Assembly (NCBI GenBank): GCA_017559525.1
Contig: JAFYRI010000009.1
Span: 82,148 to 146,147, forward strand
Reading direction: 5' to 3'
Length of the DNA stretch: 64,000 bases
Origin: Alphaproteobacteria bacterium
GTDB taxonomy: Bacteria; Pseudomonadota; Alphaproteobacteria; CAAHEQ01; UBA3637
Under the pieces are notes generated by a model. That model searched no databases and had not been told where the DNA came from. It was given only the letters and a program-made list of their open reading frames with translations. This document shows, one piece after another, positions 38,931 through 49,200 of this stretch. Both the position numbers and the translations under genes were made by a program. Positions within the stretch are counted from its first letter, which is position 1; each line of letters begins with the position of its first letter.

Positions 38931-39572
38931 TTATTTTAAGCAATTAATCTCATTTTGAAGGTTTTCCAAAAATTGACCTGCATGAGCGCCATCCATTTGA
39001 GTATGATGAAATTGAAAAAATATAGGAAGATAGTATCTAAATAGTTTTTTACGATATTTTCCCCAAATGATAAACGGATTATTGAAAATCCCGCTATTCA
39101 TTCCGACAGCTCCATCAATCTCTGTGTTAATAATGGCAGATGTGCCTATAACCATACTATTTTCTGATAAATCTCTATCTTGGCAAGTTTCAGCAACTTC
39201 TTTTGTAGATTTCAAATATTCTTGATTAAATGCATCCAGATTATCTGCATATAATATATCGCAAGAACTAACTTCATTTTCTTTATTTTTAACAATAGTG
39301 TTAATAGCAATAGTATCATATTGCATAAGCTGATTGCCAACAGGAAGTATATAAAATTCCTTTATACTAACAGCTGCTTTACCGATACAATAATCTAATA
39401 ACATATTAAATTTTAGCTTTTTCTTCTTTGAAGTTTTAACAAGATTGGAAACATTCAATGTCTTGAAGAATGTTACCATCGGATTTGGGGCTTTCATCCA
39501 AAGTTCAAAAGCTTTTGCTCGACTTGTTTCTTTATAATTAACTTCTCTTGCCATTGTTTTTGCTTCTTCCAT
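38931..39572 (-). CDS. Chloramphenicol acetyltransferase (CatA)-like O-acetyltransferase
   Basis: About 210 aa, RAKAFE...NPMVTFFKTLNVS, PFIIWGKY, QFHHTQMDGAH (variant of the CAT HHxxxDGxH motif). Confidence 0.75.
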   Translation of the reverse strand: MEEAKTMAREVNYKETSRAKAFELWMKAPNPMVTFFKTLNVSNLVKTSKKKKLKFNMLLDYCIGKAAVSIKEFYILPVGNQLMQYDTIAINTIVKNKENEVSSCDILYADNLDAFNQEYLKSTKEVAETCQDRDLSENSMVIGTSAIINTEIDGAVGMNSGIFNNPFIIWGKYRKKLFRYYLPIFFQFHHTQMDGAHAGQFLENLQNEINCLK

Positions 39573-39743
39573 ATTAAGTTAATGCTCAATTTATAATCTT
39601 AACAGCATTAATTTTATATTATTTTGCGGTAGTTTATCCGAAAGTTTTATAAATTACAAGGTTCTAGCACTATTTTTTCTTAAATCTACTGGACTTCCTC
39701 TTTTTTCCAAGCATTCATTGTCTTGAAACGAAAGGAGTTCATT

Positions 39744-40058
39744 ATGGAAACAGTTAAAGTTTATATGGTGCGAAAGTCTTCGGATTTTGAGGAAGTAAAA
39801 ACCTTATGCAAAAAATATGCGCATGAAGCCGAAGAAGTCTTAATTGAAGAAACAATCAATCTTCCTCTGGTTTGGTATAACGCACTTTGACAACGTCCAC
39901 TGGATAATTACATTTTCTTATCTGGCAAAGGCGGTTATGATGATACAGGTCACCGCAAAGTAGTTGCTATAAAATGTCCTAACAGGCCAACGCTTTATGT
40001 AGATCCATCCGGTTCAAGCTATTGCCGATACATGGGAGTGGGAAATGAAGACTTATGA
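39744..40058 (+). pseudogene. Mobile-element-type small gene (DUF6329-like) with one in-frame TGA
   Basis: GAAAGGAG RBS; METVKVYMVRK...YNAL*QRPLDNYIFLSGKGG...TLYVDPSGSSYCRYMG; TGA at 39888-39890. Confidence 0.6.
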
Positions 40059-40186
40059 TGAGATAATGCCTAACCGCAAAATCAGTATATCGATGTTTTA
40101 ATGTTTATAAAATTAAGTAATATTAAAAAATCTATTTTAATCTATTGATATTATATTTTAATTGTGAAATACTAATTATATAGAAT

Positions 40187-41182
40187 ATGAGGTTAGAAAT
40201 GAATAAAATCGAAAATTATTATAATTTAGACTTTTTGAAAATTATTTTTACAATCATTATTCTTTTATACCATTTTATCCGGAAAATGGGGTTTTGGTGT
40301 GAAGGTGCTTATGCTATTGATTTATTTTTTATTATTTCTGGTTTTTTATGTATTGTAACGTTTAATAAAACTCTGACTGTTATTGATTTTATAAAAAAAA
40401 GATATTATTCATTTGTTCCTTTTTTAATATGGGGTATTTTAACACTTCTTTTCTTTAAAGAATTTTCAATTGAAAAGATTTTAAATAATATTATTTTAAC
40501 GCCAGTATGGAACTATGATTTATTTGTTTCGGTTGCATGGTATTTGAATGTTTTGTTTTGGTTGTCTTTATGTTTATTTTATTTAAACAAGATAATGAAA
40601 AAGGAATATATTACTTGGATTGTTTCTTTATCTGTTTTTATTTCAATGAGTTTAATGATAGCACATGATCAATGGTTAGTATGGCCCAAAATAGGCTTTT
40701 TGAATGGTGGTTGGTTTTTGGGAATTATGGGAATGGGTGTGGGATATTTATTCTCATTAATCCCTCAACAACATAATAATCAAAGTAGTTATAGATATTT
40801 GTTGTATACAGTTCTTGAGGCCTTCTTTTTGTGTTATACGGTGGGGTGTATGTTTATTAAATCTTGGTATATATCACCTTATTTTATTTTTATATCATCT
40901 TGTATTTTATTTTTTCTTTTCTTGCAAAAAAAGGGAGGTATATCTCAACTTACGGACATTCCATTTTTTATGAAATTAAGAAAGTTTATTTTGCCTACAT
41001 ATTTATTGCAACAAGTTCCTATAGAGCTTTTTTATATTTTATTAAATAAGAATCGATCATTATTTATGAGCTACCCTTATTTAACCATTATCGTGACAAC
41101 AATTGCTATTATAGGATGGGGAGTGTGTAGTTATTATATAATTAAGTTCGCAAAATTCTTATTCTTTAAGATGCAAAGATAA
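40187..41182 (+). CDS. Acyltransferase_3 (OafA-like) membrane O-acyltransferase
   Basis: LDFLK...LLYH, AIDLFFIISGF, AWYLNVL; about 10 TM; very AT-rich. Confidence 0.8.
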   Translation: MRLEMNKIENYYNLDFLKIIFTIIILLYHFIRKMGFWCEGAYAIDLFFIISGFLCIVTFNKTLTVIDFIKKRYYSFVPFLIWGILTLLFFKEFSIEKILNNIILTPVWNYDLFVSVAWYLNVLFWLSLCLFYLNKIMKKEYITWIVSLSVFISMSLMIAHDQWLVWPKIGFLNGGWFLGIMGMGVGYLFSLIPQQHNNQSSYRYLLYTVLEAFFLCYTVGCMFIKSWYISPYFIFISSCILFFLFLQKKGGISQLTDIPFFMKLRKFILPTYLLQQVPIELFYILLNKNRSLFMSYPYLTIIVTTIAIIGWGVCSYYIIKFAKFLFFKMQR

Positions 41183-41269
41183 TATGGTTATTAATTGCCC
41201 ATTCAAATAATTTAAAGATATTTTTGCAAAATATGGATTGGAACTTTTCTCAATAGCTAGTTTCGCAAC

Positions 41270-41689
41270 CTATCTCGACAATAATGACAAAGTGAGATTA
41301 TCTTGTTCGCCATTATAAAAGACATTTAATACTGTATTAAAGATATCATTTGGCGAAACAATATCAAATAAGGTCATAGAAGATTTTAGTTTTAAGGCAT
41401 CGATACCACCTAAAATATCTTCAATCGATTTATCTGAATGTTCCAATAAAGTTGTTAATATTTCTTTTAACCTTGCGCCCAATACAGGATGAAACAAATA
41501 CTCTTTTGCTTCTTCCAAACAATGAATCCCATAAAATTTGGAGTTATAACTATAACCTAAATCTTCATGTTGAGGAAAAATATACCATATCCAATGAGAT
41601 TGCTTATAACCATCTTTTATTTCATTTAAGGCTGTTTTATACATATTTTGTTGTGCTTCGATAAAGCGATTTAAGTTATAATTATCCAT
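41270..41689 (-). CDS. DUF1810 family protein
   Basis: LNRFIEAQ, KQSHWIWYIFPQ, HPVLGARL, DALKLKSSMTLF. Confidence 0.88.
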   Translation of the reverse strand: MDNYNLNRFIEAQQNMYKTALNEIKDGYKQSHWIWYIFPQHEDLGYSYNSKFYGIHCLEEAKEYLFHPVLGARLKEILTTLLEHSDKSIEDILGGIDALKLKSSMTLFDIVSPNDIFNTVLNVFYNGEQDNLTLSLLSR

Positions 41690-42155
41690 TTTCGCTCTTA
41701 TCTTTCAAATACTTCAAAAATGCATCACAGCCTTCAACAATATCCCAGTAAGTCTCATCAAAGTTGCCAGTGTACCAAGGGTCTTTGATATTGCGGGGCT
41801 TATTTGCAAAATCTAGTAAGCGGTAGATTTTATTGTCTGTATCCTCGCCAACGATAGATTTGATGTCTTCTATATTGCTATCGTCCATCGCTAAGATATA
41901 ATCATAATACGCATAATCGCTAGGCCTAATACGACGAGAATAATGCTCTTCAAACGGCACATGCATAGCGGTTAGTATTTCCCTTGTGCCATAGTGAATA
42001 CCGGCATGATACATCTCATTATAACCTTCCGTGGTGGCAGAATCAATTTCAAACTTATCGGTTAGACCTCTTTCTTCTATCATTTGCTTAAATACAAACT
42101 GAGCCATCGGCGACCGACAAATATTTCCCAAACATACGAATAAAACTTTAATCAT
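41682..42155 (-). CDS. Low-molecular-weight protein tyrosine phosphatase
   Basis: VLFVCLGNICRSPMA, DPWYTGNF. Confidence 0.93.
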   Translation of the reverse strand: MIKVLFVCLGNICRSPMAQFVFKQMIEERGLTDKFEIDSATTEGYNEMYHAGIHYGTREILTAMHVPFEEHYSRRIRPSDYAYYDYILAMDDSNIEDIKSIVGEDTDNKIYRLLDFANKPRNIKDPWYTGNFDETYWDIVEGCDAFLKYLKDKSENG

Positions 42156-42203
42156 TTTTCTTTAATAAATCCTTTGTTCATTAATATTTAGAATCAATAT
42201 ATT

Positions 42204-43139
42204 TTAATCCTTTTCATACCACTGCATAAAGATTTTGGCAAAAATATCTTTAAAATTTTCCGGATGTATTTTGATTTGTTCTACAAGTTCATCAATGGTG
42301 AATTCTTTGATTTCAGCTACTTCTTTTGTATCAAAAACGATGGGATCATCTGATACAACCTTAAAGACATGATGAAACGCTCTGGGTTTGCCTTCTCTTA
42401 GTGTATAATCACTGCCAACAAATTCACTATGAGAGGCGACGACTCCCATTTCTTCGGCTAGTTCTCGCAAAGCCGCTTGTTCATAATTTTCCCCCGCATC
42501 AACATGACCGGCGGCAGAATAACTCCATTTGCCCGCATCAACTTTTTTGGTAAATGCAACTTTTTGCAAAATAATGTTGCCCTTGGAGTTAAATAAAAAT
42601 ACACCGCTAATCATTGGATATCGGTTTAGGGGACGGGCTTCTTTGCGTATACAAACATCCATTGGATAATCCTGTTCATTGGCTAAACAAATAACCTCTT
42701 TACCACAGCCGATTAATACAAACGGCGTTGCATTTTTGCAAGACAAAGTATCAATGTTTACCCATTCTGCTCCATTGGAATCCAATCCATCGCCTTGAGG
42801 CGTTGGTTCACCCGATACTTCAATATTAAATAAAACACCAGTGTGTTGCAAGCAGCCTTTCTCACCACTGGCTTTGGTAAAGGCAGAAAAGAAAATCGTT
42901 TTTTTGCCGATCAATGTATGGGAAATAACATCACAATTCGTTTCTTCTTTAATTTCACGAATAACGGTTTGTTCGGGTGTTTCTCCTGCTTCTGGAGAGC
43001 CACCTGGTAAGTCATATAATCCGGTATAAGGACCTCGGGCTTTGCGAATGACTAATATCTGATTATTATAGCGAATAATGCCGTAAATACCGAAATGCGA
43101 ACGAGTTACGAATGGATGTAAAAAAGAAGTGTGAGTCAT
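42204..43139 (-). CDS. Tandem double NUDIX hydrolase
   Basis: LPGGSPEAGETPEQTVIREIKEET and AAGHVDAGENYEQAALRELAEEMG. Confidence 0.85.
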   Translation of the reverse strand: MTHTSFLHPFVTRSHFGIYGIIRYNNQILVIRKARGPYTGLYDLPGGSPEAGETPEQTVIREIKEETNCDVISHTLIGKKTIFFSAFTKASGEKGCLQHTGVLFNIEVSGEPTPQGDGLDSNGAEWVNIDTLSCKNATPFVLIGCGKEVICLANEQDYPMDVCIRKEARPLNRYPMISGVFLFNSKGNIILQKVAFTKKVDAGKWSYSAAGHVDAGENYEQAALRELAEEMGVVASHSEFVGSDYTLREGKPRAFHHVFKVVSDDPIVFDTKEVAEIKEFTIDELVEQIKIHPENFKDIFAKIFMQWYEKD

Positions 43140-43296
43140 TGTGTCCTCTATGTGATTAAGTATTTTAAGTGGATTTTATAATATAACTTATTAAAAATCA
43201 ATGTTTTTTGTTGTTTTTTATAAATGATAATCCCTGTATTGAAAAAAATAACAGAATATGCTATGAAATATTAAAACAAAAAAATGGAGTATAAAA

Positions 43297-43548
43297 ATGA
43301 ATTTTTCTTATAAAACGCAAGGTGTTTGTACAAAACTTATTAATTTTGATATTACAGACGGAAAAATATATAATGTTCAATTTATGGGCGGTTGCATGGG
43401 CAATTTGTGTGCAATTTCTAAACTAATTGAAGGAAAAGATGCCAAAACGGTAGCCGATATTTTACGCGGTAATGATTGTGGTGGAAAGGGAACGTCTTGT
43501 GCAGATCAATTAGCACGTGCAATTGATTTAGCCTTGGAGGCAAAATAA
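43297..43548 (+). CDS. TIGR03905-family TSCPD domain protein
   Basis: YKTQGVC, FMGGCMGNL, CGGKGTSCADQLA. Confidence 0.85.
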   Translation: MNFSYKTQGVCTKLINFDITDGKIYNVQFMGGCMGNLCAISKLIEGKDAKTVADILRGNDCGGKGTSCADQLARAIDLALEAK

Positions 43549-43590
43549 AACCCCATCAACTATGATGAGGTTGGCTGAGGTATCCATTCT

Positions 43591-44079
43591 TTATTCTAAA
43601 TGAGATTCCATAAACCAAACGTATTTATCTAAATCTTCTATGGCAGCAGTTAAAATATCAATTGTTGCAGCATCTGCTAGGTTTGCATCAATGTCAGCTC
43701 TGATATTGTTAGCTGTTATAGCATATCGTTTAATTAGCTCACTTAAATGTTCGTTGACTTGAAAAATGTCTGTTGGATAAGTATCAAAAGATGTTTCATC
43801 AACGATAATTTCCGGTGTGCCTAAGGCTGTTCCACCCATTTGTACAACTCGTTCAGCAAATGTATCTGCATATTCTAATAGTTTATCATTAAATGGATCT
43901 AGCATTTCATGAACGGCAATAAAATTGGTGCCACGCATATTCCAATGAGCTTGTTTAGTAATTAATGCTAAATTTAAAAAATCAGCCAGATATCTATTTA
44001 AAATACGAATGCTTTCTTCTTGAACGATTATATCAAATTTTAAAGCTGTTTGTCTTGATAGTATATTTTTTGTTTTCAT
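43591..44079 (-). CDS. dps: Dps DNA-protecting ferritin-like protein
   Basis: KQAHWNMRGTNFIAVHEMLD, DTFAERVVQMGG, LDKYVWFMES. Confidence 0.93.
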   Translation of the reverse strand: MKTKNILSRQTALKFDIIVQEESIRILNRYLADFLNLALITKQAHWNMRGTNFIAVHEMLDPFNDKLLEYADTFAERVVQMGGTALGTPEIIVDETSFDTYPTDIFQVNEHLSELIKRYAITANNIRADIDANLADAATIDILTAAIEDLDKYVWFMESHLE

Positions 44080-44212
44080 GCTTATCCTCCTGTATGAATG
44101 CTTAATTTATATAAGTTGATGAGGAGGGTGAATAAATAGGGCAAAAGTCTGTTTTTTTATTGCTATACAAGGAAAAAGAGAGTATAAGCATTCAATAAAA
44201 TAGGAGAATACA

Positions 44213-45409
44213 ATGAAAATATCAAATGTATTAGGTCTTTTAAACTTATCTGTTTTTTTGAAAAACCATATATTTTTATTGCCTGTTTTATATTTGTTTT
44301 ATACCTCTTGTGGATTAAGTTTAGGTGATTTCTTTTTATTGCAGGGGATAGGAGCAATTTGTTGTTTGCTATTGGATGTGCCAATGGGGTGGATTGCCGA
44401 TAGAACAAGTAAGAAAAAAATGCTTATTTTTTCCGGTCTTGTTCTCGTTTTACGATTTATTTTATTATATTTTTATCCAACAAAAGAAATTATCTTTTTG
44501 GGTGAGTTTTTATATGCATTGGTTATTGTGTCATATGTCGGAACAGCAGATTCATATATTTATGAATTGTTAAAACAAGAAAATAAATCAACTAAGATGT
44601 TAAAACGTTATGGTCGTCTTTATTTTTGGGTGTCTTGTGGTGTATCTATTTCATCTTTGATTGGTTCTTGGATTTATGATTGGTTTGATGTAAAAGCTGT
44701 TATCGGTTTAACCATTTTATATACATCTATTTCAACAATTTTATTATTCTTTATTCCGGATATTTGTTTAGCCGAATCATCTAAAAAGACATTGTCTGCG
44801 GCTTATTTGAATTTATTGGCTTCTGTTAAAACGGCATTAAAGTCAAAAGAGTTTCGCTATTTAGTCATTTATTCCGCCTTTTTAACATCGACTTATCAAA
44901 TTTTTATGTGGAGTATGCAACCGATGATGAAGGCTGCCGCTGTTCCTGTTGGTTTATTTGGTATGGTATTTTTTATGAATCATATTGCACGTGCCGGAGG
45001 ATCTTATTATGCTCATAAAATTTTATCTCATATCTCATTGAATAAATTAGGATGGATAACATATATGGGTTTTGTGTTTAGCTTTATTGCTGCCATTGGT
45101 GTTATTTATTCCACTCATTTAGTGCTAACATTAGTTTTTTTGGGATTTATTTGTTTAATGATTGGATTCCAAGTATCTTATTTAATCAGTGCTATTGCTC
45201 GTATTCATGAAATTTCCTCTTCGGCAGTGCGCGCAACGGCTGCCTCCATTAATTCTATGGCTGGTCGGTTACTGACAGCACTTTGTTTGATTTTATCTAA
45301 ATTTATTTTGGATGGTACTTCGCTTGGGTGGAATTTGATAATCTTTATGACGTTATTTTTACCCAGTGCATTTGTATTGTATAAATTTAATCGAATTCAA
45401 ACCAAATAG
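44213..45409 (+). CDS. MFS transporter
   Basis: DVPMGWIADRTSKK (motif A-like), GTADSYIYE, RATAASINS; about 12 TM. Confidence 0.85.
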   Translation: MKISNVLGLLNLSVFLKNHIFLLPVLYLFYTSCGLSLGDFFLLQGIGAICCLLLDVPMGWIADRTSKKKMLIFSGLVLVLRFILLYFYPTKEIIFLGEFLYALVIVSYVGTADSYIYELLKQENKSTKMLKRYGRLYFWVSCGVSISSLIGSWIYDWFDVKAVIGLTILYTSISTILLFFIPDICLAESSKKTLSAAYLNLLASVKTALKSKEFRYLVIYSAFLTSTYQIFMWSMQPMMKAAAVPVGLFGMVFFMNHIARAGGSYYAHKILSHISLNKLGWITYMGFVFSFIAAIGVIYSTHLVLTLVFLGFICLMIGFQVSYLISAIARIHEISSSAVRATAASINSMAGRLLTALCLILSKFILDGTSLGWNLIIFMTLFLPSAFVLYKFNRIQTK

Positions 45410-46178
45410 GGGCGTGATCTGAGGTTTTGTTCCATCCTCGTACCTCTTTATATACACCACCATCTGTTAGACCTTTGGCAATATTGTAGCTTACAAAAAA
45501 GTAATCCAATAACATACCTAGATTGCGAGGATAAGCTCCACCCATAAAATCCCAAAAGGAATAATAATGTTCTTCTGGATGAAAATGCCTAATGACATTT
45601 GTTAAGGGGAGGGCGGATAATTCATTAAATTTTTCACGCACCGCTGGAACCATTAGGGCATTATTGCGATATAGATTAGGACTATACACATCGCTATCTT
45701 TAACAATTACATTAAAGTCACCGCCCAAAATAATGGATTTATTATCTTTTAATAAAGATTGAATGTAGCTATTTAATGCCTCCATCCAACGTAATTTATA
45801 ATCTAGTCGTGATGTATCTGATGGATTGTTTGCCGGAGGATTCCCATTTGGCACATACACACAGATAAGATGCGTATCATCGGATAAAACAGCTTCAATA
45901 AAACGGGCTTGTTGTGGTTCAGGTTCATCAAAATTAGGCAAAGTTGTTTGTGTTTTCTTAATTGGTTCTTTTGATAAAATAGCAACTCCATTATACGATT
46001 TTTGACCGCAAATAATACTGTGATAACCTGCCGTTTTAAAATCAAAAAAAGGAAAGGTCTCATCCGTAGCTTTAATTTCTTGTAGTAAAACAATATCAGG
46101 TTCATATTCCAATAAAAAACGATTAAGAGTATCTATTCTAGCCCGAACTGAGGCAACATTCCATGAAATAACTTTCAT
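45387..46178 (-). CDS. xth: Exodeoxyribonuclease III
   Basis: SWNVASVRAR, LQEIK, YNGVAILS, YVPNG, GDFNV, SDHAP. Confidence 0.93.
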   Translation of the reverse strand: MKVISWNVASVRARIDTLNRFLLEYEPDIVLLQEIKATDETFPFFDFKTAGYHSIICGQKSYNGVAILSKEPIKKTQTTLPNFDEPEPQQARFIEAVLSDDTHLICVYVPNGNPPANNPSDTSRLDYKLRWMEALNSYIQSLLKDNKSIILGGDFNVIVKDSDVYSPNLYRNNALMVPAVREKFNELSALPLTNVIRHFHPEEHYYSFWDFMGGAYPRNLGMLLDYFFVSYNIAKGLTDGGVYKEVRGWNKTSDHAPIWFEFD

Positions 46179-46188
46179 ATTATCTCCA

Positions 46189-46227
46189 TAAAAAACAGCT
46201 CTGATAATTATATCAGAGCTGTTTTAT
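46189..46227. terminator. Intrinsic terminator after the 2030-aa gene
   Basis: AAAACAGCTCTGATA / TATCAGAGCTGTTTT. Confidence 0.8.
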
Positions 46228-46240
46228 TCAATCAAGCATT

Positions 46241-49200
46241 TTAATTGTTGTGTCCTTTTTTTGTGAACAAAGGTTTATAAAATGCTTGTTTGTCTTTAGT
46301 ATCTTTTGGAGTATTAATTGGTTGTTTCGTGTCTGATTTTTTCAAGAAAGATAATCGACTACCGGCTAATCCCAATAAAGCACCACAGATATTTTTTGAT
46401 GTATTCTTTGGATTTTCTAAAGCTTGAAGCATGTCTTTTTTAATTTCAGCTTCAATTCCGTTTGAAACATTTGAAGTATTAACAATTGAATCAACAGCTT
46501 GTTTTTCTTGCTCTGTTAAAGGTGTTTGTTCAGATTTTGTTTGTTCTTCTGTTTCTTCTGGAAGAGGTTCAATTTGTTCAGGTACAATAGGTGCACGAAT
46601 TTCGTTGGCCTCTTCTTGCAAAGGATTTTCTTGAGCAATATCAGGTGCTAGTTCTGATGTTATAGCTACATTTTCAACTTGAGTATTTTCTTCTTTAATA
46701 TCTGTTTGATCTGTTAAAGAAATGCCTCTATCTTCCATTTGTTGTTTTAATTGTTCAAGAGCCATTGTTAATTTTTGGTACTCTTCTCTCAATTCTTTAT
46801 CAGAAGCTAATTTCTCTTCTTTTTGATTTGTTATTTGTTCTGTTTTTTCAACAGGTTTTGACATATCAAAATTAAATACATTATCGGTTGTATATGGTGT
46901 TGAAGAACTATTATGTGTTACAACAGGTGTTTCTTTTGTATTCGTAAAGGCAAAAGAAACATGTTCTTCTGGTGTTACGAGTGATACTTTTTCCTCAGTT
47001 TTTTCTATCGGAGTATCTAGATCTTTAACACTTGTATTGTTTGATAGTTGTTTTTCTGATTTTTCATATGGTACAAATGGTACATATGGGTGAGATTCGC
47101 TTTGATTTTCAACTGCTTGTTCAGGCACTGGTGCAGGAGCTGGTTCTTCCACCACCGGAGTCGGTTGTTCAGCCACTGGTGCAGGAGCTGGTTCTTCCAC
47201 CGCTGGAGTCGGTTGTTCAGCCACTGGTGCAGGAGCTGGTTCTTCCACCACCGGAGTCGGTTGTTCAGCCTCTGGTGCAGGAACTGGTTCTTCCACCACC
47301 GGAGTCGGTTGTTCAGCCACTGGTGCAGGAGCTGGTTCTTCCACCACCGGAGTCGGTTGTTCAGCTACTGGTGCAGGAGCTGGTTCTTCCACCGCCGGAG
47401 TCGGTTGTTCAGCCACTGGTGCAGGAGCTGGTTCTTCCACCGCTGGAGTCGGTTGTTCAGCCACTGGTGCAGGAGCTGGTTCTTCCACCACCGGAGTCGG
47501 TTGTTCAGCCACTGGTGCAGGAGCCGGTTCTTCCACCGCTGGAGTCGGTTGTTCAGCTACTGGTGCAGGAGCTGGTTCTTCCACCACCGGAGTCGGTTGT
47601 TCAGCCACTGGTGCAGGAGCTGGTTCAGTTACTTTTGGAACTACCGTTTCAATTTTAAATCCTGCATCAGCACCTGGTCTATAAGACATATATCTTGCTT
47701 CATTTAATCCTGCAATATCATGTATAAAGTGGCCAGATGTATCCACAGCTGTTTCTATTTTTCCAAGCATTTGTACTATTTGATCCGATGTAATGGGTGG
47801 TTGGCCAAGAAATAAATCGGCTCTTAAATCTGTAGGTGTATATATTCTACCGTCTGCTAATATTATACCAAATGCTTCAGCGACAGTTGTTCGGTTCCCA
47901 TCAATTATTAAATCTGTATCTGATGCAACCAATTTATCAAACTGATTTAGTTTATACATCAAAATATCGGCATTGGACGTGCCATTTGCTCCCGTTAATT
48001 CAGAGTGTGTTCCTTCTAATGAACGGATTTGTTTTAAGGCATTATCCAATTGTCCTGTTGTATAATCTGGTTCAGTTAGACGACCTTGAGCATCATAAAC
48101 ACCTTCTCCATTCAAACGTGCTTGAGCTAATTTATGAGCAAAATCATCATAAGTATGGGCTACTTGAGGATTTTCAAAAGTTGTTGCTTGTACCTGAATG
48201 TCGTATGTAACTGTTGGATTATTAGATGTCTCAGACATTGGAACAGCTTCTTCATAATTACCATTTTCCGTATTAGGGTTAAGTTCCATTGAGTTTGTTG
48301 TTATTTCATTGCCGCTAGCATAGTTAGGTGCTTGCATTTCTAAATAAACGGCTCCTGTATCTGAATCTACCTCCATAATGGTACCATTTGTGGCAATGGT
48401 GGATGGATCTTGAATATTTTCATAACCATAATTATCTGGAAACAATGGATTAGCACCATTTTCTGCGTTATGTTGTGCGAGCAATTCAGGATTTTGTTTT
48501 AATTTAGATGTAAGCCATTCTTGATACTCAAAACTGGGGAGACCATTTGCATCTACAGGAGATGGGACTCTTTCACCACCTGCAATTGCATCAGATACAA
48601 TCATTTCTTCAACACTTAATTCTTCAGCATAATCATCATTAATCAAGGCCTCTTGTTGTTTTGGTGTTAAGTCTGGAGCAGTTACATTAGGATTCTCATG
48701 ATTTGCTTCAAGTGCATGTTGAATCATTTCTGAAGTTGCTGTTATTGGCTCAGCTGTATTCAAGTTTACAGGATTGATATCAACGGGTTGATTTTGTAAA
48801 GTAATCGATCCTTCAGGATTGATATCAACGGGTTGATTTTGTAAAGTAATCGATCCTTCAGGATTCGGATTAAAATATATTGCTTCGGATTGTTGTGCAA
48901 TATCCTCTAATGTTAATTGAATTTTATCAGCATTTATAGGTTCTGGTTGAGGTTGTACGGTACCCGATCCTGTATCGCCACTATCTGTGCTAGTTCCGGC
49001 ATCTGTGCTGGTGTCCGTAGGTGTGTCGGTAACTGGAGTGCTTTCAGATATTTCTTGTCCCGTTTCTGTAGCAGTTTGTTGTGTTGATGTTTCCGACGCT
49101 ATAGTATTGCTCATGCTTGAACCAATAGTGGCATATAATAATCCACCTGTTGATGCAGAGCCTATAAAAGCAGAAACAGATTCTGGTAAAGAACGGGCAG

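Noticed and set aside
39888-39890. TGA as selenocysteine or alternative genetic code
   Set aside because: Other genes here (ybeY, portal, fur) end in TGA, and no SECIS-like hairpin was evident.
47032-47707. Two repetitive + strand ORFs (208 and 205 aa)
   Set aside because: Antisense frames of the 48-bp Pro-rich repeat.
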